Source of the DNA: Candidatus Bathyarchaeota archaeon
GTDB lineage: Archaea > Thermoproteota > Bathyarchaeia > Bathyarchaeales > Bathyarchaeaceae
NCBI GenBank assembly: GCA_050123155.1
Contig: JASFHP010000005.1
Location: 16,551 to 80,550 of the forward strand
DNA length: 64,000 bases
Direction: 5' to 3'
Part shown: one piece after another, positions 43,503 to 53,107 of the stretch
Layout: the number at the start of each line of letters is the position of its first letter
How positions within the stretch are numbered: position 1 is the stretch's first letter
Made by a program: the position numbers and the translations under genes
Notes under the pieces: model-generated
Seen by the model: only the letters and a program-made list of their open reading frames with translations
The model's database searches: none
What the model was told of the DNA's origin: nothing

Positions 43503-44645
43503 TCAAAGTAACCAGCCGAAAAACAGCCTGTACAGCCGATGTTCCAAGATTGTTAGGGGTTTGGCTCTTCCGAATACGCGGAAATAGTCTTTTCCCATAG
43601 CCTCAATCATGTCTCCTATATCATATCTGGGAAACAGGCAAGACGAGATTATGAGCCTCCCCCACTCGCCCCGCTCCAACTCATGGAGCAGCTTGGTGCC
43701 TTTGCCTGTCTCCACCTCGAAATAGTAGGTGTCATAGTTCGGAGAAACGTAAGGCAGGTCATCAAGCTGCTGCATAAACGCTCCCTCGGTGGCGCTGTAC
43801 ATCTCCACTAGCGGAACCTCACCGAAAAGTTTCCTGAGAACAGGACCATACTTGAACTGAATCTTTCTCACGCTGGTGCAGACGAGCAGCTTAAAATTCC
43901 ACAGGTCTTTGGGCGGTTTTCCATGTTTCCGCTTAACGTATCTGGCAAAAGAAAGAATCACAGGCGTTACTCCAATAACGGCAACCACAGGCTGATTCAA
44001 GGCTCTCTGGTAAACCAGCTCGAATCGTTTCTCCCAGTCAGGTCTGCTTATGCCGGAGCCCAGCGCATCTATTTCCTCCTGTCTGGGCAATAGACTGACC
44101 TGATTCAGCATGGGATTGAGTTTCGCGTAGGTTCCTGAGCTGTACCCATAAGTGATCTGCTGTCCACCCGCATCTATGGTGGTCACTGATGAAGGAAAAT
44201 TGAGATTCAGTATCTTTCCCGCCAACACATCCATGCTGTTCTTTCTGAGGGCATAGTTTGTTATGCCTCGTGCTCCGCACATGAAAATCTGTTCAATGTG
44301 GGTCTTTGTAACTGGCAAAACTTTGGACTCGCCTGTGGAGCCTCTGGTCATAACCCAGCATACAGGCTGCTCAGACAGGATGATGGAGTAGTTGCCGGCT
44401 TTAACTTCCTCAAGATATAGACGAAGACCAGCATAGTTGATTGTCGGAAAGTTGGTTCGAAATGCAGCTGCATCCTTCACTTCGTGAACCGAGCGCCTTT
44501 TCCCATAAACTGTTTTCGCGTATCCTTCAAGCAGTTTCTCTAGGACCTGCTGCTGCGCCTCCGCGGGATTCTTCAATGATTCATGCCAAGGAGATACAAT
44601 GTGCTTCAGGATGTCTACGCCAATCATTGCTGACCCAACAACCAA
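43503..44645 (-). CDS. GH3-like / adenylate-forming-superfamily protein (short form)
   Basis: MTRGSTGESKVLPVT resembles the SSGTT-x-GK-x-K-x-IP nucleotide-binding motif of GH3-type amido synthetases. Length is 380 aa. Confidence 0.4.
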   Translation of the reverse strand: MVVGSAMIGVDILKHIVSPWHESLKNPAEAQQQVLEKLLEGYAKTVYGKRRSVHEVKDAAAFRTNFPTINYAGLRLYLEEVKAGNYSIILSEQPVCWVMTRGSTGESKVLPVTKTHIEQIFMCGARGITNYALRKNSMDVLAGKILNLNFPSSVTTIDAGGQQITYGYSSGTYAKLNPMLNQVSLLPRQEEIDALGSGISRPDWEKRFELVYQRALNQPVVAVIGVTPVILSFARYVKRKHGKPPKDLWNFKLLVCTSVRKIQFKYGPVLRKLFGEVPLVEMYSATEGAFMQQLDDLPYVSPNYDTYYFEVETGKGTKLLHELERGEWGRLIISSCLFPRYDIGDMIEAMGKDYFRVFGRAKPLTILEHRLYRLFFGWLL

Positions 44646-44695
44646 CAGGGAACAAAGTTGCAGTTTCTTTTAACGGAAATATGTTGCATATGCAT

Positions 44696-45094
44696 CTATG
44701 GTCTCGGATGCTTTCCCTTAGCCCTCATTGCGCCTATTAGTACTCCCAGTATCACGACTGCGCCAACTATGATTAAGAAGACAGGAAAGACGGAACGCAA
44801 AGTAATAGCACCCGTTACTGTGAGATAGAAAATAATGCCCAAACATATCAAGACGAAACCACCAAATAATGAGCCGAAAACGCTGTACTCTTGCTTCTCA
44901 TACTTCTCCGCATGCTCTCCTTTCTCCATCTTCTCCTCTTTTTCATGGCTCTCATATTTTTCCTCTTTCTCAGCCTTCTCGCTTCTGTAACGTTCAGCCG
45001 GTCTAGCTGCTGTAACTTTCAAAGTGGCGCCGCACTTGGGACAAAAAGCCATTTCCTCTTTGACTTCTGAGCCACACTTCTGACAATAAGGCAT
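44696..45094 (-). CDS. Zinc-ribbon membrane protein with Glu/Lys-rich linker
   Basis: MPYCQKCGSEVKEEMAFCPKCGATL, an EKEEKYESHEKEEKMEKGEHAEKYEK low-complexity segment, then two TM helices. Confidence 0.6.
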   Translation of the reverse strand: MPYCQKCGSEVKEEMAFCPKCGATLKVTAARPAERYRSEKAEKEEKYESHEKEEKMEKGEHAEKYEKQEYSVFGSLFGGFVLICLGIIFYLTVTGAITLRSVFPVFLIIVGAVVILGVLIGAMRAKGKHPRP

Positions 45095-45206
45095 AAAATT
45101 TCACCTTTACACAATTCTACTGCTCTATTATTTGAATGATGAGTATTTAAAACATATAGTCAGCCATTCATAGAGAAGTATTATAAGCTCTTAACGCGAA
45201 AAGAAA

Positions 45207-45716
45207 ATGACTGAAGTGAATTACTTGAGCAAAAGCAAGGAGACACCCCGCCGATATCAAGAGGAACTCTTCACCGCCATTTCTATCGGATTTTTCCTTC
45301 TTCTTGCGGGAACCCTCTTTGTCATCAACACTGACCTGTTCGGCAGCATTCTTGACTTCTTTAAAGACTTCAAGTTAGTTGATGTCCCACACACAAACAT
45401 GATATTCCCTGCCCCAGAGTCTCCGCAACTACACTTGACAGTCTATCAGGCTGCTAGACAATTCAGCATCGCTTTAGGCGTATTCCAAATAGTCATCCTG
45501 GCACTACGATTCTTTATTCCTTCATCATGGAGAAAAAGATCAGAAACAGTAGGTAGTTTTGTTTACTGGGTAGGAGCAAGTTTTCTCATTCAATACTTCC
45601 TTATCGACTCCACGCTCGACTACACGCAATGGTTCGCATTCTGGTCCACAATACTGATTCTCGGCGGCGTTTCCATAATCGCAAGAGCAGCTGTTATGGC
45701 AGCTACGCGAATCTAA
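45207..45716 (+). CDS. Integral membrane protein (4 helices)
   Basis: 169-aa ORF with hydrophobic segments. Confidence 0.55.
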   Translation: MTEVNYLSKSKETPRRYQEELFTAISIGFFLLLAGTLFVINTDLFGSILDFFKDFKLVDVPHTNMIFPAPESPQLHLTVYQAARQFSIALGVFQIVILALRFFIPSSWRKRSETVGSFVYWVGASFLIQYFLIDSTLDYTQWFAFWSTILILGGVSIIARAAVMAATRI

Positions 45717-45847
45717 TGGTGTCGTCTGAATGTGAATCTTCCAAACAACCCACAATTTCTATTCACAACATTGCAGATTATTATGAAAAATCAATAACTT
45801 TATCTTGTCCCATAAAATTTGATACTATATACAAAGGAAGCTGTGGA

Positions 45848-46351
45848 ATGGTTTCGCGCTTAAGGAACCTCTACTTCTGGGCTACAGTTGTAATACTTCT
45901 TATCACAGTTTATCTATCGTTTGGCACATACGTTGGTTGGTTTCAGTTAGGCTCTTTTGTTGGTTCATACCGTCTTAATCATTGGTTGGGTTGGATAGGC
46001 GTCGCTTTTGTTGCAATATGCACTCCACTGTATCACTTTCTGAAACGACGTTACCCTAAAAGAGCGAAAACACTTTTGGGCACCCACGTCATAGGCAACC
46101 TGCTTTCCTTCATGTTAATCTCAGTTCATTTTGCTTCACAGTTAGGTAGACCCGCACAATTCTTTCCCGATCTAGGAACTGGAATCGTCTTGTATCCCAT
46201 AATGATAATACTGGTTATAACAGGGTTCACTCAAAGATTCCAAATCGGAAGCAGTTTTTTAAGAAAATGGCGATTTCTACACACCAGCATGGCAACAACA
46301 TTCTATCTGGTAATCATAGTTCACATACTGCAGGGATTAGGCTTTCTGTAA
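45848..46351 (+). CDS. Integral membrane protein with conserved-looking His in helices
   Basis: The start is set at ATG 45848 (AGGAAG upstream), giving MVSRLRNLYFWATVVILL... The track's 45629 start overlaps the previous gene and looks non-coding. Confidence 0.5.
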   Translation: MVSRLRNLYFWATVVILLITVYLSFGTYVGWFQLGSFVGSYRLNHWLGWIGVAFVAICTPLYHFLKRRYPKRAKTLLGTHVIGNLLSFMLISVHFASQLGRPAQFFPDLGTGIVLYPIMIILVITGFTQRFQIGSSFLRKWRFLHTSMATTFYLVIIVHILQGLGFL

Positions 46352-46432
46352 TCTATGTAACCATCAGAATTTCCGATTTTAGACTAGAAGGCTTAAGAAA
46401 AGCCATCAACCACTGAAACTGATCAGCAGTTT

Positions 46433-48544
46433 TCAGAAGGGATAGGAGCAAGTTGGGCAACCGCCTGAGTACTCGGAGTCTGCGCTTACATGTTTTTCAG
46501 TGGCAAGTTCTTTGGTTAAAAGCGGGCCCACATACAGAACCTGCTCCTTTTTGCTTCCGTAACGATAAACTGTTATCCCCTTACACTTCAGCTTGTAAGC
46601 CAGCAGATACACCCTCCTAACGTCCTCCACGGTAGCGTCGGGCGGAAGATTCACTGTCTTCGACACAGCATTGTCAACGTACTTCTGGAAAGCCGCCTGC
46701 ATCCGCACATGCCACTCCGGGTCGATGTCCAAGGACGTCACAAAGACTCTTCGCACATCCTCTGGAACCGCCTCCATTTCTTGTATAGAACCCGTCTTCG
46801 CAATCTCAAGCATCAACTCCCTGCTGTAAAAGCCCCTCTCCCTAGCTATCTGCTCGAATGTGGGCTGTGTCTCCAGCAGCCGTGTGCCCTCCATGACGTT
46901 TCGAACAAAAGCCACCGCAAAGATGGGCTCTATTCCCCCTGAGCAACCGCCGATTATGCTTATTGTTCCTGTGGGCGCAACCGTGGTGACCGTAGAGTTG
47001 CGAATTGTCTTGTAGCCCCGCTTTTCCCAGATGCTGCCCCTGAAGTTGGGGAAAGCTCCCCTTTTCTCTCCTATCTCAACAGATTTCTTCGTAGCCTCGT
47101 CACTGACAAACTTCATCACCTTTTCTCCCATCTCCAAGGCTTCCTCCGAATCATAGGCAATACTTAACATAATCAGCATGTCCGCGAAGCCCATGACTCC
47201 CAAACCAATTTTTCTGTTAGCCCGTGTGACTTCGCCGATTTCCTTGATGGGATACTTGTTCACGTCGATTACGTTGTCCAAGAAGTGAACGGCTGTTCTA
47301 ACGGTTCTTCTCAGTTTCTCCCAGTCCACTTCTCTGTCCTTAATCATTTTAGCCAAGTTGATGGAGCCCAGATTGCATGACTCGAAAGGCAGCAGCGGCT
47401 GTTCTCCACACGGGTTTGTGCTCCGAATCTTTCCCACCTCAGGAGTTGGATTATGCCTGTTTATTTCATCAATAAAGATGAGGCCAGGGTCACCTGTTCT
47501 CCAAGCGTTGGATGCTATCAGGTCGAAAACGTGGCGAGCCCGCAGTTTCGATTCAGCCTTTCCGCTTCTAGGATTCATCAAATCATACTCAGCATCTTTC
47601 TTCACTGCATCCATAAACTGGTCCGTAACCGCCACTGAAATGTTGAAGTTAGTCAAAATTCCTTCTCGCGACTTCACTTCAATGAACTTCAGAATATCCG
47701 GGTGATTCACATCCAGTATTGCCATGTTGGCTCCTCTTCTTCGCCCCCCCTGCTTAATCACGTTGGTGGCGGCGTCATAGATGGTCATAAAAGAGACTGG
47801 CCCAGAGGCTACTCCCTTGGTTGAGCCCACTATGTCTCCTGCGGGTCTCAGCTTCGAGAAGGAGAATCCTGTTCCCCCGCCAGACTGATGAATCAGAGCC
47901 ATGTGCTTTAGTGTGGTGAATATTCCATCTATCGAGTCTTCCACGGGCAAAACGAAACAGGCGGAGAGTTGACCAAGTCTGGTGCCCGCATTCATGAGGG
48001 TCGGAGAGTTAGGTAGAAACTCGCGGGCTGCCATAACTTGATAAAACATTTCTTCTGTTCTTTCAACATCAGATTTCTTGTCGTAGATGAGGTCAGCCTT
48101 AGCCACTGCTTTGGCGACTCTGCGGAACATTTGGCTGGGGGTCTCGATGACTTTGCCCTCATAGTCTTTCATGAGGTACCTGTTTTTCAGCACTTTAATG
48201 GCGTTGACTCCCAGCTTCAGGTCATCAGTGACGCCGAAAAACTTTTTCTGCTCTCTGATTTCTGTTCGTTTTTGGCGGTACAGGATGTATGCTTTAGCCA
48301 CGTCAGCGTAACCGTTTCTGATGAGAACTTCCTCAACGAGGTCCTGAACGTTTTCCACGCTGGGTATCTTATTTTCGAAGCGTTCGTTAAGGAGCCGCAC
48401 AACCTCTTCTGAAAGTTTTCTTGCAAGTTTCTCATCCTCTCTCTTGACAGCCTTTAATGCCTTAAGAATGGCGTCAGCTATCTTGTTTTCATCAAAATCT
48501 ACTATCCGTCCGTCCCTTTTTTTAATCTTAGAAACTCTAACCAA
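46433..48544 (-). CDS. nrdJ: Class II (adenosylcobalamin-dependent) ribonucleotide reductase with N-terminal ATP-cone
   Basis: ATP-cone VSKIKKRDGRIVDFDENKI, active-site NPCGEQPL, SCNLGSINL, and a C-terminal Cys pair (GGCPTCSY). Length is 703 aa. Confidence 0.9.
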   Translation of the reverse strand: MVRVSKIKKRDGRIVDFDENKIADAILKALKAVKREDEKLARKLSEEVVRLLNERFENKIPSVENVQDLVEEVLIRNGYADVAKAYILYRQKRTEIREQKKFFGVTDDLKLGVNAIKVLKNRYLMKDYEGKVIETPSQMFRRVAKAVAKADLIYDKKSDVERTEEMFYQVMAAREFLPNSPTLMNAGTRLGQLSACFVLPVEDSIDGIFTTLKHMALIHQSGGGTGFSFSKLRPAGDIVGSTKGVASGPVSFMTIYDAATNVIKQGGRRRGANMAILDVNHPDILKFIEVKSREGILTNFNISVAVTDQFMDAVKKDAEYDLMNPRSGKAESKLRARHVFDLIASNAWRTGDPGLIFIDEINRHNPTPEVGKIRSTNPCGEQPLLPFESCNLGSINLAKMIKDREVDWEKLRRTVRTAVHFLDNVIDVNKYPIKEIGEVTRANRKIGLGVMGFADMLIMLSIAYDSEEALEMGEKVMKFVSDEATKKSVEIGEKRGAFPNFRGSIWEKRGYKTIRNSTVTTVAPTGTISIIGGCSGGIEPIFAVAFVRNVMEGTRLLETQPTFEQIARERGFYSRELMLEIAKTGSIQEMEAVPEDVRRVFVTSLDIDPEWHVRMQAAFQKYVDNAVSKTVNLPPDATVEDVRRVYLLAYKLKCKGITVYRYGSKKEQVLYVGPLLTKELATEKHVSADSEYSGGCPTCSYPF

Positions 48545-48722
48545 CGTTGGCCCCCAAAATACTAATGTTCACAGCTACTTTAAGGTATAACCCTCAATTT
48601 GCGAAAAAATGCGATGATGCAATCTGAAACTTGATTCTTTTTTAGAAAAAATGAAAAAAGGGAAGGGGAGATTTTCGGGGTTTCAGTGCCCTGATGGATT
48701 CTTGTGCCCGTCATCCGCGGGA

Positions 48723-50108
48723 TTAGTAAGGAAGGGTTTCCAGCCAAGGATAAAGAGACCTTATTTTGTTTACAGCCTGTTGCACTTTTTCCTGTGGGTA
48801 ATCGTATGGTAGTAGTTTGCCGTGGTTGTAGTCGTCGTATGCTTGCATGTCAAAGTAGCCGTGACCGCACAGCAGAAAGAGCAGGGTCTTCTCTTCTCCA
48901 GTCTCCTTGCATCTTAAAGCCTCATCGATGACAGCTTTAATGGCATGGTTTGGCTCGGGAGCAGGCACTATAACCTCGCTTTTTATGAAAGTTTTTGCGG
49001 CGTCGAATACCTCTACCTGATTATAGGCTGCAGTTTTCAACATACCTGCCTCATTTAAGGCGCTTAATGTGGGGGCTATACCGTGGTAGCGTAGACCTCC
49101 AGCATGAATTGGTGGGGGTATAAAATCGTGACCCAAAGTATGCATCTTAACTAGAGGTGTTATCTTCGCTGTGTCGCCGTGATCATACATATATTCGCCT
49201 TTGGTAATTGACGGGCAGGCTGTGGCTTCAGTGGCTATGAACTTGGTATCTTTTGGTGCTTTTCCTGAAACTTTGTCGTAGTAGAATGGCCAGAATAGAC
49301 CTGAGAAGCTGCTGCCTCCGCCTATGCATCCATAGATTTCGTCTGGATAATCGTCTACCAATGCAAGCTGTTTCTTAGCTTCCTGTCCCACCACTGTTTG
49401 ATGCAAAAGAACATGATTGAAGACGCTGCCTATACCATAATTCGTTGTTGGATTATTCAATGCATCTTCTACAGCTTCACTGATTGCAATCCCTAGGCTT
49501 CCAGTGCTGTCAGGGTCTTCAGCCAAAATTTTTCTGCCAGACTCTGTTTGGTTGCTTGGACTGGCGTAAACCTCGGCGTCATAAGTTTCCATCAGAACCC
49601 TTCGGTAAGGCTTTTGGTCGTAGCTGGCTCTGACCATGTATACTGTGCAATCGAGACCAAAAGTCATGCAGCCAAAAGCGAAAGCTGAACCCCACTGACC
49701 GGCTCCGGTTTCGGTGGACATCCGTTCTTTGCCTGCTTTCATGTTGTAGTAAGCTTGTGGAACAGCAGTGTTGGGTTTGTGGCTTCCTGAGGGGCTGACT
49801 CCCTCATACTTGTAATAGATTTTGGCTGGGGTTTTAAGTGCCTTTTCTAGTCGAGTGGCTCTGAACATTGGTGTGGGTCTCCACAGGCTGTAGATTTCCC
49901 GCACTTCGTCGGGGATGTCTATCCATCGTTCCTTGCTCAGTTCTTGTCCGATGATTTCTTTGGGGAAAATTTTGGGAACGATGCCGGGTCCAGGTTCATG
50001 CGTCTCTGTTTCTATAAAGGGCGGCATCGGTTTAGGCAGGTCAGGTAGTATGCAGTACCATTGTTTGGGTATTTCTTCTTCGTCTAGCACTATTTTTTTG
50101 CGTACCAT
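48723..50108 (-). CDS. trpB2: TrpB2-type tryptophan synthase beta-like PLP enzyme
   Basis: [17 protein letters not shown] (PLP lysine), [10 protein letters not shown], and the long N-terminal extension typical of TrpB2. Length is 461 aa. There is no trpA nearby. Confidence 0.85.
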   Translation of the reverse strand: MVRKKIVLDEEEIPKQWYCILPDLPKPMPPFIETETHEPGPGIVPKIFPKEIIGQELSKERWIDIPDEVREIYSLWRPTPMFRATRLEKALKTPAKIYYKYEGVSPSGSHKPNTAVPQAYYNMKAGKERMSTETGAGQWGSAFAFGCMTFGLDCTVYMVRASYDQKPYRRVLMETYDAEVYASPSNQTESGRKILAEDPDSTGSLGIAISEAVEDALNNPTTNYGIGSVFNHVLLHQTVVGQEAKKQLALVDDYPDEIYGCIGGGSSFSGLFWPFYYDKVSGKAPKDTKFIATEATACPSITKGEYMYDHGDTAKITPLVKMHTLGHDFIPPPIHAGGLRYHGIAPTLSALNEAGMLKTAAYNQVEVFDAAKTFIKSEVIVPAPEPNHAIKAVIDEALRCKETGEEKTLLFLLCGHGYFDMQAYDDYNHGKLLPYDYPQEKVQQAVNKIRSLYPWLETLPY

Positions 50109-50199
50109 TAATGTTCACTTCTTTTCTGTTTTGAGGAATTAACCTTTTTTACCATGAAGCATTTATATAAGCTTTGCCGTACAAAAGCATACCTTAAGG

Positions 50200-50712
50200 T
50201 TGATATATGTGTGGAGCCAAATCAAAGAATTCTTCAAAGAATTGCCAGCACAACAACGCGTTGCGCAACTTTTGTTTGAGCGGGGCTTCCAAGTCCATGA
50301 AGACGGCAAAGTAGTAAGCGGTGGAATAGAGATACCTCACACCCAGATTGCAAAGGAAGTGGGTGTTGAGCGCCGAGCCGTTGACAGCACAGTTCAAACG
50401 ATACTCTTGAAGAGTGAACTGAAGAGGATTTACATGAATCTTAGGCAAGTGTGCTCGCTGCAGGAGGTTGCTCGCGAGTTTAATCTGAGTGTGATTGTTT
50501 TTGTTCCTGAAAACGCTAGCCAGACAGGCATTATAGCCGATGTTACGAAGATCGTGTCAGAGAGTGGGCTCAGTATACGGCAGGCTCTGGCTGAAGACCA
50601 CAGCACAAGTGAGCACCCCAAATTAACTCTGATTCTTGAGGGCGACATTCCTTCAGATTTGATTGGTGAGATAAGGAGACTGCCTGGAACCAGAAGCATC
50701 ACAGTGTATTAG
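50200..50712 (+). CDS. ACT-domain regulator-like protein (archaeal 'regulator of amino acid metabolism' type)
   Basis: N-terminal wHTH-like QRVAQLLFERGF..HTQIAKEVGVERRAVDSTVQ. The C-terminal ACT-like region is (VIVFVPENASQTGIIADVTKIVSESGLSIRQ). Confidence 0.6.
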   Translation: MIYVWSQIKEFFKELPAQQRVAQLLFERGFQVHEDGKVVSGGIEIPHTQIAKEVGVERRAVDSTVQTILLKSELKRIYMNLRQVCSLQEVAREFNLSVIVFVPENASQTGIIADVTKIVSESGLSIRQALAEDHSTSEHPKLTLILEGDIPSDLIGEIRRLPGTRSITVY

Positions 50713-51262
50713 ATTCTCTGTCAAGATAGAGGTTGATGGCGGAGTACATTATCCATGCGAGAACAAGTTTTGACACTGTTTCTGGAACCGCAATGCCAAT
50801 GCTGAATATGTTCAATGCGTAAAGTAACCATGAGAACATAACTATAATGAAGGTGAGAAGTGCCACAGCTGACCTTTTTTCCACAGTATATACAATGGAA
50901 GTGAAGCTCAGCATCACGAAGTGCGGCACCGCCGCAGCATAATGAAGAGAACCGTACACCTCATTAAAAGTTGCCAGCAACTGAACTAGAAAGGTTGAAA
51001 CCAAAAGGCAGAGGCTACTGTATTTGGCGTGTTTTTTGAAAACAGTTAACGAGTAGATCATGATAAGAAAACCTGCAAGCAGCATTCCGAGGTTAAATAT
51101 GGATGCGGCGTCGCTGGTGACTGCATGCCCGAGGTCGCTTAGCATGTTGCTTTCCCAGCTGAACCATGGCGAAAGAACCAAAGACAATGCGATGGAACCG
51201 TAGACCATTAAGGGTCCAAAAACGCCGAACAATGCGTAGGCTCGTTCCTCCATGATCTGCAA
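50699..51262 (-). CDS. Integral membrane protein (DUF998-like)
   Basis: 187 aa, 6 helices; SPWFSWESNMLSDLGH near the N-terminus resembles DUF998. Confidence 0.5.
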   Translation of the reverse strand: MQIMEERAYALFGVFGPLMVYGSIALSLVLSPWFSWESNMLSDLGHAVTSDAASIFNLGMLLAGFLIMIYSLTVFKKHAKYSSLCLLVSTFLVQLLATFNEVYGSLHYAAAVPHFVMLSFTSIVYTVEKRSAVALLTFIIVMFSWLLYALNIFSIGIAVPETVSKLVLAWIMYSAINLYLDRESNTL

Positions 51263-51312
51263 CTCCGCTGAAAAGTAACTTTGTTGATTGGATGCTTATA
51301 ACAGAATTCCTT

Positions 51313-51720
51313 TCAGGTATAACTCGTGGACTTCACTTCCTTCGCCGCTCCGCCCTCGATTATCTGCTGTTCAAGTTCCTCCAGCTTGCATTTGCATCTT
51401 GAAACGTCGGCAACCACAACCCATTCAGCCGATTTTCCTCTACGAAGAGTCCTCGATTCGCTGGAAAGAAGATCAACCCCCATACTTGCCAGAATGTTCG
51501 CCGCTTTTGCGAGGGCACCGGGCATATCCGAGAAGGCGATGCGGAATTCAACCAGTTTTGCTTCCGGGTCAGCGAAGGGAACGATCCGAACCTCTTTCTC
51601 ATCTAAATCAGCTACCAGCATGACATACATTCCCTCGGAGAGTCTCACGGCTTCGCGGAGATGGGAGGGCATGGTTATTCTTCCCCTGGAGTCGATTCGA
51701 ACTATTTCTGTCATTCGCAT
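51313..51720 (-). CDS. AbrB/SpoVT-domain plus ACT-domain fusion regulator
   Basis: N-terminus VRIDSRGRITMPSHLREAVRLSEGMYV (AbrB type). The C-terminus FRIAFSDMPGALAKAANILASMGVDLLSSES is an ACT beta-alpha-beta unit. It is divergent from the his operon. Confidence 0.7.
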   Translation of the reverse strand: MRMTEIVRIDSRGRITMPSHLREAVRLSEGMYVMLVADLDEKEVRIVPFADPEAKLVEFRIAFSDMPGALAKAANILASMGVDLLSSESRTLRRGKSAEWVVVADVSRCKCKLEELEQQIIEGGAAKEVKSTSYT

Positions 51721-51754
51721 GTTGTTTTGTCTCCCTTATTTTCTTGCAGAAACC

Positions 51755-51763
51755 TTTATATAA
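51755..51763 (+). promoter_or_regulatory. Candidate archaeal TATA box (TTTATATAA) with purine-rich BRE-like AGAAAC upstream, for the his operon
   Basis: Consensus-like TTTATATA in the 95-bp divergent intergenic region, about 53 nt upstream of ATG 51816 and 66 nt upstream of the hisZ frame. Confidence 0.4.
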
Positions 51764-51828
51764 GATGTGCGGAATATGGGTTTCAACCCACAAATTACCC
51801 ATTGGAGGACAAACGATGACAAGGAGGA

Positions 51829-53106
51829 ATAACATTCACCAGACTACACACCCCAAAAGGAACAAGAGACTACCTGCCTAACGAAGTCAAAAAATACCGC
51901 TACATCGAGAACCAGCTGAGAAAAACTTTTGAACTATGGAACTACAGCGAAGTCCGCTCCCCCACCATCGAATTCGTCGAAACCCTATCCACAGGCGTGG
52001 GGTCCGAGCTCGTAGACACCATGTTCAAGTTCCAAGACTTCGACGGAAAGCTTCTGGCATTAAGAGCAGAAATGACGGCGCCAGTCGCCAGAATCGTGAC
52101 AACCAGAATGTCGTCTGCGCCAGAGCCGATTCGCCTATTTTACGTCAACAATGTTTTCAGGTACAGCCAATCTTACCTCAAGAGAGAACGAGAGTTCTGT
52201 CAGGCAGGAGTTGAACTTGTAGGCTGCAACACGCCAGAGGCTGACGGGGAGATACTGTCTCTGTTTATATCATCCCTCAAGCAGGTGGGCTTACAGGAAG
52301 TGAGAATTGACTTAGGTCACGCCAGCCTACTTAAAGACCTATTGAATGCGGCGGGATTGGATGAGCAGCAGAAAGTTTCTGTTTATGGTCTCCTAGCGTG
52401 CCGAGACTTGGTGGGACTAAAGAAGTTCATGGATCAGAACAGTTTTCCCTCAAACTTAAGAGATGCTTTTCTTCAGCTTTCTCGCTGCAGAAGATTAGGT
52501 GAAGTTTCGTCAATTTCTCTCAACGGCTCAAAATACGATGAACTGAACAAGCAGATAGAAAGTCTCTTGGAGCTTCAGGAAATCCTGTCGAACTATGAGA
52601 TAGATGACTTTGTGTTCTTCGACTTTTCTTTGACAAAAAAGATTGAATACTACACTGGGATGGTGTTCGAGGCTTCTGTTCCAAACTTGGGTCTGCCCCT
52701 CGGCGGCGGAGGCAGATACGACAACTTTATCGAAAAATTTGGAAAACTGAGGCTGCCCGCAACAGGCTTCGCTCTGGAAATAGGGAAAATCCTCCAAGCC
52801 CTCACCTCACAGGGTTTCGAAATTCCAGAATCCTCGAAAGCTAAGGTTGTTGTGGCATCCAAATTCAGGGACGCGGCAGTAGAGGCGGTTAAGGCTCTTC
52901 GTGAATCCGGAGTCATCGCCTCACTGGAAATAACAAAGAGATGCCTAGAGAAAACGATGGAATATGGAAAGCTTACGGAGACGGATTACGTGGTTTCGGT
53001 TGGTTCATCCCTTAAATCTCCATTAACAGTTTACGACGTGAAATCAAACGTTTCAAGAGACGTAATGCTCGAAACTTTCTTGGAAGAAGTCGGAGGTCAA
53101 TGTTGA
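51829..53106 (+). CDS. hisZ: ATP phosphoribosyltransferase regulatory subunit (HisRS-like)
   Basis: (I)TFTRLHTPKGTRDYLPNEVKKYRYIENQL.. is the HisS/HisZ N-terminal motif, and it lies upstream of the first canonical in-frame start (GTG 51997). There is no anticodon-binding domain, and a short hisG follows. The start codon is unresolved (ATA 51829, or a frameshift from ATG 51816). Confidence 0.8.
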   Translation: MTFTRLHTPKGTRDYLPNEVKKYRYIENQLRKTFELWNYSEVRSPTIEFVETLSTGVGSELVDTMFKFQDFDGKLLALRAEMTAPVARIVTTRMSSAPEPIRLFYVNNVFRYSQSYLKREREFCQAGVELVGCNTPEADGEILSLFISSLKQVGLQEVRIDLGHASLLKDLLNAAGLDEQQKVSVYGLLACRDLVGLKKFMDQNSFPSNLRDAFLQLSRCRRLGEVSSISLNGSKYDELNKQIESLLELQEILSNYEIDDFVFFDFSLTKKIEYYTGMVFEASVPNLGLPLGGGGRYDNFIEKFGKLRLPATGFALEIGKILQALTSQGFEIPESSKAKVVVASKFRDAAVEAVKALRESGVIASLEITKRCLEKTMEYGKLTETDYVVSVGSSLKSPLTVYDVKSNVSRDVMLETFLEEVGGQC

Positions 53107-53107
53107 A

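Noticed and set aside
51816-51881. Classical histidine attenuation leader peptide
   Set aside because: It has only two non-adjacent His codons and overlaps the hisZ coding region. No terminator/antiterminator pair is evident. It is retained only as one of three explanations for the hisZ start anomaly.
51936-52214. 92-aa Arg-rich ORF at the 5' end of hisZ
   Set aside because: It is an alternative frame within hisZ with low-complexity Arg/Pro/His content. The HisZ frame carries the conserved motifs.
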